From the NCBI GenBank assembly GCA_017881145.1, contig JADGRG010000153.1, positions 1 to 31,544 of the forward strand: a stretch of 31,544 bases of DNA. The letters are read 5' to 3'. The notes below the pieces were generated by a model. The model saw nothing but the letters and a program-made list of their open reading frames with translations. It did not search any database and had not been told where the DNA came from. Source of the DNA: Sandaracinaceae bacterium. GTDB taxonomy: Bacteria; Myxococcota_A; Polyangia; Polyangiales; JAFGIB01. How positions within the stretch are numbered: the stretch's first letter is position 1; each line of letters starts with the position of its first letter. Position numbers and translations under genes: made by a program. Shown one piece after another: positions 25,665 through 31,544 of the stretch.

Positions 25665-25863
25665 CGCATTGTGGCGAATCGGCTTGGACGGAGGCGCTGG
25701 CACGCTGCGTGGCAGGCAGAGCAGGTTGGGCCGTGTCCGCCACCCTGAACGTGGCCAGAACACCCTGGTGTTCGCGGTGAGTGGCGCTAGCTTCTGCTGA
25801 AACGATCGCTCCAGGTCTGGTTGCCACCACGACTCGTCAATGATGACCGCACCGTAGCGATGG

Positions 25864-26343
25864 CTACGCAGCGCGCTGCGGATGCTCTTGCACGCGGGCG
25901 CCAGCCGTCTGCGTCAAGCAGAGCAGCCTGGCGGCAAGGATGAAGGGGACACTCGGCAAGAGATCAGAGCGCCAGAACGCCAGCTTGTCGGGCAGGTCGA
26001 TGCCGTGGGCGCGCGGCAGCTCGAAGACGTAGTAGCGATACCAACCGTGGCTAATCAGACCGAGGAGCGCCGTGCTTACCAGCACGACGCAGGCGAACGC
26101 GGCTCCGCAGACGATGGTGGGCGACACGTAAAGCGGCTGGCCATGCAGCACACGCGCTACGTGTTCGAGCGGCCCGCTCTCCATCCACTCGACGTCGTAG
26201 GGATAGTTGAGGCGAAGGAACGCAATGCGCAGGTAAACGAAGACGTAGTAAGACGCCCCGAGGAAGAGGCCGAAACGTAGAGCCTGCATGAGCCGCGGAC
26301 CGATCCACGACCACGATCGACTGGGCGCAACGGAGCTGATCAT
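25864..26343 (-). pseudogene. Internally deleted remnant of a GT-C (ArnT/PMT-like) membrane glycosyltransferase
   Basis: N-terminal 'RL.YPYDVEWMESG..EHV.RVL.GQPLY' is joined directly to a normally distant 'S.GWY.YY.FELP..H' segment at about 26110-26116. The frame then decays into non-hydrophobic sequence. Confidence 0.55.
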
Positions 26344-26392
26344 CGCTGCGCCATAGCAGAGCGCCTTGCCGGGGGAAAGTTGGGTCGTCGCG

Positions 26393-29300
26393 TCAGGGGG
26401 CGGTGCCGCTGCACGGCTTTTCGGCCTTGCACATGGGAAGCTGGTCGGTGATCTTCCCGGAGGTCTTGCTCTTCAAGAGGTTCTCCGCGGCGCTGCCCAG
26501 ATGGAGCGCTTTGGAGATGGGGATGTGGTCGGCGAGAATGTCTCCGAGGACCGAGCATACGATGGTGTCGCCGAGCTGCAGGATGCTGGGATCGATCAGC
26601 GGATCGGTGAAGCTCAGCGCGGCTTCGGCAAAGGCCACCGCGGCCGCTCTGCCCACTGCGGCGATGATCACGAAGGTATTGACCATGCCGGAGTCGATCT
26701 CGGAAACCAAGATGCCGAGCGCATCGATCTGATCATTGGCGGTGTCGACGATCTCCTGGCAGCTCTCGATCGCGCCCCCGGTGCCGTCGCGCAGAATGCC
26801 GAGCGCTGTGCCGCTCGATGCATCGACGGCAAAGAACGCGGAGCTGGAGCCATCGCTGGCGAGGATCCGGTAGGTGCTGCTGTAGCGATCCAGAAGCGCA
26901 GCCTGCGAAGCCCGTGCGCTCGCGGGAAAGCCAGACAGAGCGGCCGTGGTGTCACCGCCTGGTACCAGGACGCTGAGAGGTGCACTGGCAAGATACGAGC
27001 GCGTCGAGCCCTTCGACATGAACGATTCGGCGATGGCGAGCCGTAAGGACGCCTGGAATGTGGTGTCGAAGGCCGCCTTGCCATCGGCAGCGCCGAGGGT
27101 CGTGAAGCGCGTGGTCGGAAGCAGGTCGACCGAGGTTCGGCGCGACAGGGGCAGCGTCAGGTGCACGGCGGCACGCAACGCCGTCTCAACGACGCTCACG
27201 CCATCCGGATAGGGAAGCGGCGCGTGAGCCAGGAGCGAGCGCAAGAGCGGTCGCGCAGGCGCGTGCTGGGCTTGGGCGTAGGCCTCCTGTGCGTTCTTCG
27301 CGTCGATGGCGTGCTGCACCGGCTCGCCAGCGATCGCGGTCGAGAGCGCGTCGTCGAGCCACGCGGAGAGCGTGGGTGCTGCGCCCTCGAAGGTGATCCA
27401 CGCCGAAGAGAGAAAGAAGTCCCGCACGGCCGCAGACGCTGCGGCCAGTTGGACAGAGGCGTCCACGTCGCCGGGCAGTGGAGCTACCGGCAGGCCAACC
27501 AAGGTTCGATCGACGCTCTGACCGTCCATCTCGACGTGGAGCTGGATACCGACGAATTCCGAGAGCATCGCGCTTGTAGGCTGGCCCGAGGTCGAGGTCG
27601 AGGCCGTGAGCGTGTAGCTGGTGCTGGCGTCGGCGCGTCCGACCCGCACCTGAACCTGATGGGTTCCAGCAGCGCCGCGCGACGCATAGGCGAGTCGATA
27701 CGGAAACGCGCTGCGACTGGCACCGAGCTCACTCAAGGCAGCTTTGGCCACCGTTAGATCCGTTAGGTCGCCCGCATCGACCAGACGTCCGCCGCTCTTC
27801 TGCGCGATCGGGCTGAGCGCATCCGGATTGAGCTTGGATGAGGCGACGTAGCAGCCGATGACGAGGATGGGACATGAGGTGGTCGTGGCGAGGAACTGCG
27901 CCGCGCGGCCCGCAGCCTGCGTGTCGTTGCCGTCGGTGAAGACGAGCATGAGTGAAGGGCCGGCAGCCAGTCCTGCGAGCACGCCATCGTAGAGGGGTGA
28001 GGTAGCGCCAGCCGCGCCAAGCAACGCTTGCTTCACGGCACTGCTCGCGGTCTGCACGAACCCGGCAGCAGAGGGCGCACCGTCGAGGGAGCAGACTTGC
28101 ACGGCCGCCCTGGGCACGGCGGAGAAGACCGCGTCTGCGATGGCACCCGCCTGGGAATCGGTCAGCACGGGTTGGCTGCCAGTGCCGTCCCAGAGCAGAA
28201 GCACGCGTGGCGCACCGCCGTTTTCGCGCACCAGCGCCGAAACGCGCACGCCATCCTCTTCGATCACGAAGCTCGATGCGGGCAGGCCGGCGACGATCGC
28301 GCCGTTGCTGTCGACCGGCGCAAGCGTAAGCTCGATGATCGGCGCATGAGCCACCGATGCCTTGGCCGTCACCGCGCTCACTGTGCTGGCATCGCCGCCG
28401 GTGACCAGCGGTATGCCGTTGATGGTCGTGGTCCCGGCTTTGGTTTCCGCCACGTCCCCGAAGGCGCTGATGGCTGCACCGGCGATGTAACGTTTCTGCT
28501 TTCCGTCGGACCCGATCAGCGCGAAGCCTGCCACGAAGTTCGTGATGTCTTGAGGTTTCGCCGCCAGGAACACGGGCAGCGAAACCGTCGGTTGCGGCGA
28601 AAGCTTCACGCGTGCACCCGCTAGCTCATCGTAACCGAACTCGCCTTGCGCGAGCGTGATGGGCGTCTGTGGCGCACCCGCCCTCGTGGCACTGAGGCGC
28701 AGTGTGAGCTTGCGCGCACCGGCGAGTGCTGCCGCAGGCGCGATGTTCGTTGCGTAGCTTTCACCGTAGCTTGCGTCGGGGAGCAGCGTGTTCAGATAGA
28801 CGGTGGCGCCTTTGTCTTGCACTGCGACCAAGGGCACCCCGGAGAACGGGGACAAGTAGGGCGTGTTGACGGAGATATCGGCGGGCAAGAGCGGGCGCAG
28901 CTTGGCGAAGAGCGCCGCGCTTTCGGCGCCGTCCGGGTCGATGATGGTCGGAGCGGCGGCGTTCTGCGCGGGCATGAAGGGCAGAGGTCCCGGCTCGAAG
29001 GCGAGCGCGATGCTGCGCAGGTAGACCTTCTTCGGCGCATCCGACGGATAGAGCGCCCCTGCCGGATCGCCTTTCACGATGGACGCAGAGAGCCCGGCCT
29101 GCCCGAGCAGTGTCGCCAGCAACTCGGCGCGCTCGCGCGGAGTCCCCACACCGGTGCGTAGCAGGTTGTCGACGCCGAAGCGGACCGCCGTCTCGATCGA
29201 CTCCGCGGCGCCGAGCGGGGGAACCGCCGCGATGTTGTCGCGCACGAACGCGAAGATCAGCTTCGGATCTTTGGTGGCGACCGCAATGGCCGCACGTGCA

Positions 29301-29527
29301 GCCAGATGGTCAGGGCTTTCCTTCAGCGCGGCGAGCAGCGCACGCAGGCGGTCGAACTCGCTGGTGACGCCGGCGACGACGGCTGCGTCCGCACCTGCAT
29401 CTCCGGCGTCATGGGCAAGGCCAGCGTCCCCAGTCTTCGTCGAAGCCGGATTCGATCCGCAGCCTGGCGTGACGCGCGCCGCGATCAGGGCCAGTGCAGA
29501 GGTGAGCCACTCGCGACGGGTGATCAT
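26393..29527 (-). CDS. Large Tat-exported lipoprotein with transglutaminase-like and vWA-like regions
   Basis: Twin-arginine TRREWL, lipobox-like TPGC (Cys23), DAG-rich linker, 'FAFVRDNI...GVGTPRERAELLA.LL..AG', and MIDAS-like WDGTGS / T / FTDG. Confidence 0.8.
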   Translation of the reverse strand: MITRREWLTSALALIAARVTPGCGSNPASTKTGDAGLAHDAGDAGADAAVVAGVTSEFDRLRALLAALKESPDHLAARAAIAVATKDPKLIFAFVRDNIAAVPPLGAAESIETAVRFGVDNLLRTGVGTPRERAELLATLLGQAGLSASIVKGDPAGALYPSDAPKKVYLRSIALAFEPGPLPFMPAQNAAAPTIIDPDGAESAALFAKLRPLLPADISVNTPYLSPFSGVPLVAVQDKGATVYLNTLLPDASYGESYATNIAPAAALAGARKLTLRLSATRAGAPQTPITLAQGEFGYDELAGARVKLSPQPTVSLPVFLAAKPQDITNFVAGFALIGSDGKQKRYIAGAAISAFGDVAETKAGTTTINGIPLVTGGDASTVSAVTAKASVAHAPIIELTLAPVDSNGAIVAGLPASSFVIEEDGVRVSALVRENGGAPRVLLLWDGTGSQPVLTDSQAGAIADAVFSAVPRAAVQVCSLDGAPSAAGFVQTASSAVKQALLGAAGATSPLYDGVLAGLAAGPSLMLVFTDGNDTQAAGRAAQFLATTTSCPILVIGCYVASSKLNPDALSPIAQKSGGRLVDAGDLTDLTVAKAALSELGASRSAFPYRLAYASRGAAGTHQVQVRVGRADASTSYTLTASTSTSGQPTSAMLSEFVGIQLHVEMDGQSVDRTLVGLPVAPLPGDVDASVQLAAASAAVRDFFLSSAWITFEGAAPTLSAWLDDALSTAIAGEPVQHAIDAKNAQEAYAQAQHAPARPLLRSLLAHAPLPYPDGVSVVETALRAAVHLTLPLSRRTSVDLLPTTRFTTLGAADGKAAFDTTFQASLRLAIAESFMSKGSTRSYLASAPLSVLVPGGDTTAALSGFPASARASQAALLDRYSSTYRILASDGSSSAFFAVDASSGTALGILRDGTGGAIESCQEIVDTANDQIDALGILVSEIDSGMVNTFVIIAAVGRAAAVAFAEAALSFTDPLIDPSILQLGDTIVCSVLGDILADHIPISKALHLGSAAENLLKSKTSGKITDQLPMCKAEKPCSGTAP

Positions 29528-30042
29528 CGGGGGAGGGTAGCTCAGGGAGCGAAGGAACGCGCCCGAAGAAAGTCATGGCTCGGTGCACGGCGCTGGCGAA
29601 CGTCGATGTCTCCGCGCACGCCGAGCGCGAATCAGACCGGCGGAACAGGCGGTGGGAGCACAGGTAGAGCGACGCAACCGAACTCGAAGCGGAGCTCATC
29701 ATAGGTTCCAGCTTTGGCGTTCATGCAGAGATCGCCGAAGAGGTCGACACCTGCGATGCTGCCCAGCGTTAGCACGGGGTAGTGGGGTGCGCACAGGCCG
29801 CGCCAAGTAGTGTCCATCGCCGCTGAGATCACCCGTTGTCTGTAGTGAATCGGCGTGGCTTGCTGGTCTCTCGGGCACTGCGAGCCACAGCCAATCGCGC
29901 CACTGCCACAATGTGCGTGTACTTGCATATGTGCTCCGCGGTGTCCACAGCGGGAACGCGTTGACGAGTGCTTCGCGCAGCGCAAGCGCACCCAGCCCTG
30001 GTACCATCGGTTGACCCACTGCGCGTGCCGCTCGCCGACCCG

Positions 30043-31323
30043 ATGCCGAACAATGAAAAGCCCTCTCGTCCGAGCCTGACCAGCGGCTTGCGCCAAACGG
30101 CGCGCGACGTGTTCGTGGCGCGGCAACCGATCTTCAACGTCGCGCGCGAGGTATTTGGCTACGAGCTGCTCTTCCGCTCGGGTGGCGACAAGAACAGCTA
30201 CGACTTTCCGGACGGCACGGTCGCGACCACGCAGGTGCTGGTCAACAGCTTTCTCCTCTTCGGCATGTCGAACCTGACGCAAAACAAGATCGCGTTCGTG
30301 AACATCACGCGCGAGATCATGATGCGCGAGGTGCTCGATCTCTTTCCACCGGCGCTGGTGATCCCGGAGTTGCTCGAATCCATCGTGCCTGACGCGGAGG
30401 TGCTCGCGGCCTGCCGCAGGCTCAAGGCCCAGGGCTATACGCTGGCGCTCGACGACTTCGTGGCGCTCGAGGGCTTCGAAGAGCTGGCCACGCTCGCCGA
30501 CATCATCAAGGTCGACTTCCTGCAGACCACGCCGGAGGTGCAGGCCGAGCTGGCACGTCGCCTCTTGCCGGGCGGCGCCCGGATGCTGGCGGAGAAGGTG
30601 GAAACGCACGAGGACTTCGCACGCGCAGTGGCCGACGGCTACACGCTCTTCCAAGGCTACTTCTTCGCCAAGCCCGAGATCGTCCAACGCAAGGAAATCC
30701 CAGGCTACAAGTTGCACTACCTGCAGCTCCTCTGTGAGCTGGGCCGCCAAGACTCGGAGATCCGCGACATCGAGGACATCGTCAAACGAGACGTGTCGCT
30801 CTCCTATCGTTTGCTGCGCTACATCAACTCGGCTGGCTTTGGTTTCCGTAAGCCGGTGGAATCCATCGGCCATGCGCTCTTGCTGCTCGGCGCTCGCAAC
30901 GTGCGCAAGTGGGCAAGCCTGGTGGCCCTCTCCGCCATGGGCCAAGACAAGCCGGCGGAGTTACTCAGCGTTGGACTCACGCGCGCGCATTTCTGCGAGG
31001 CCGCCGCGGGCCTGGTGGGCTTGCGCAGCGAAGCCTCCAACCTCTTCTTGATGGGCCTCTTCTCGGTGCTCGACGCCGTTGCCGACAAGCCCATCGCCGA
31101 GATCCTCGAGCAGATTCCAATCATGCCCGAAGTGCGAGAAGCATTGCTCGGCCACGCGAATCGCTATTGCCGGCTGCTCGATCTCATCCGCGCCTACGAG
31201 CGCGCGCGCTGGGACGACGTGCAGGTGATCTCGACCGAAGTGGGCATCGATGGCGACCTCGTCCCAGGCCTCTACGTGAACGCCATCGCGTTTGCCGCCG
31301 AGAGCCTGAGCCTGCTCAAGTAA
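30043..31323 (+). CDS. EAL-HDOD domain protein (YuxH/CdgJ-like c-di-GMP phosphodiesterase family)
   Basis: Motifs VARQPI, GYELLFR, AFVN, LALDDF, IIKVD, LAEKVET, FQGYFFAKP, then HDOD 'D.SLSYRLLRYINS'. The start is uncertain (29968 or 30043). Confidence 0.9.
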   Translation: MPNNEKPSRPSLTSGLRQTARDVFVARQPIFNVAREVFGYELLFRSGGDKNSYDFPDGTVATTQVLVNSFLLFGMSNLTQNKIAFVNITREIMMREVLDLFPPALVIPELLESIVPDAEVLAACRRLKAQGYTLALDDFVALEGFEELATLADIIKVDFLQTTPEVQAELARRLLPGGARMLAEKVETHEDFARAVADGYTLFQGYFFAKPEIVQRKEIPGYKLHYLQLLCELGRQDSEIRDIEDIVKRDVSLSYRLLRYINSAGFGFRKPVESIGHALLLLGARNVRKWASLVALSAMGQDKPAELLSVGLTRAHFCEAAAGLVGLRSEASNLFLMGLFSVLDAVADKPIAEILEQIPIMPEVREALLGHANRYCRLLDLIRAYERARWDDVQVISTEVGIDGDLVPGLYVNAIAFAAESLSLLK

Positions 31324-31454
31324 GCGCGCCGCACGCGCGGGGGCTGCGCGCGCTCGCCCGGTAGCGCGCCCGCTCCGTCTCGCGCTTCTTTCCGTAACGA
31401 CAGATTATGGTTCGACGGCGGAGCCCTGCCCGCGGTGACCTTGGCGCACCAACG

Positions 31455-31493
31455 ACGAAGCCGGTGAGCTCCGAAGAGTTCCACCGGCTTCTT
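31455..31493. terminator. Hairpin between the convergent EAL-HDOD gene and tRNA-His (possible terminator)
   Basis: GAAGCCGGTG (31457-31466) pairs with CACCGGCTTC (31482-31491). On the minus strand the inner stem carries a C(UUCG)G loop. U-tails are weak. Confidence 0.5.
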
Positions 31494-31517
31494 GGTCACA
31501 GCTTCTTGGTCACACTT

Positions 31518-31544
31518 TGGGGTGAATGACGGGGATTGAACCCG
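31518..31544 (-). tRNA. tRNA-His, 3' portion (truncated by the window edge)
   Basis: Minus strand reads CGGGTTCAATCCCCG-T-CATTCAC-C-CCA: T-loop GTTCAAT, 3' acceptor strand, C73 discriminator typical of bacterial tRNA-His, encoded CCA. The anticodon is not visible. Confidence 0.75.

Noticed and set aside
25697-25713. Sigma54-like TGGCACG
   Set aside because: No TTGC at the -12 position and no downstream plus-strand gene.
29632-29928. 98-aa minus-strand ORF with GGAG before ATG, upstream of the large lipoprotein gene
   Set aside because: Low GC3, no recognisable motif, and probably part of the divergent promoter region. It cannot be excluded without homology data.
1-31544. Whole window as a tRNA-anchored genomic island or prophage
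   Set aside because: No integrase, transposase or phage genes, uniform high-GC coding style, and the content looks like core myxobacterial genes.

Overview
High-GC window that looks like a Myxococcota (Polyangiales-like) chromosome segment; the taxonomy is inferred from the gene families. Left to right it holds: the 3' end of a TatT-like gene and TRAP/TPAT permeases (dctQ, dctM); two divergently transcribed three-gene proton-motor clusters (one MotA/TolQ/ExbB plus two ExbD/TolR each), of which the left one resembles aglR-aglQ-aglS; a Lon whose catalytic Ser is replaced by Ala, overlapping a membrane-anchored HExxH gluzincin-like gene; a small predicted lipoprotein and a TIGR04552-like protein with RelA/SpoT synthetase motifs; ahpC; a large kinase with a C-terminal non-RD catalytic domain; an FAD oxidoreductase; a secreted protein with at least 33 in-register 14-aa repeats; ccdC; an MMACHC/CblC-like cobalamin protein with extra cysteines; an internally deleted glycosyltransferase remnant; a 1044-aa Tat lipoprotein with vWA motifs; an EAL-HDOD protein; and the 3' end of tRNA-His at the edge. 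A dispersed ~120-160 bp palindromic MITE-like repeat abuts stop codons at four sites. No integrase, transposase or CRISPR array is visible. Best leads: the protease-dead Lon plus Zn-peptidase pair, the small alarmone synthetase-like protein, the 14-aa repeat protein, the CblC-like protein and the twin motors. All family assignments come from motif recognition by eye; no searches were run.
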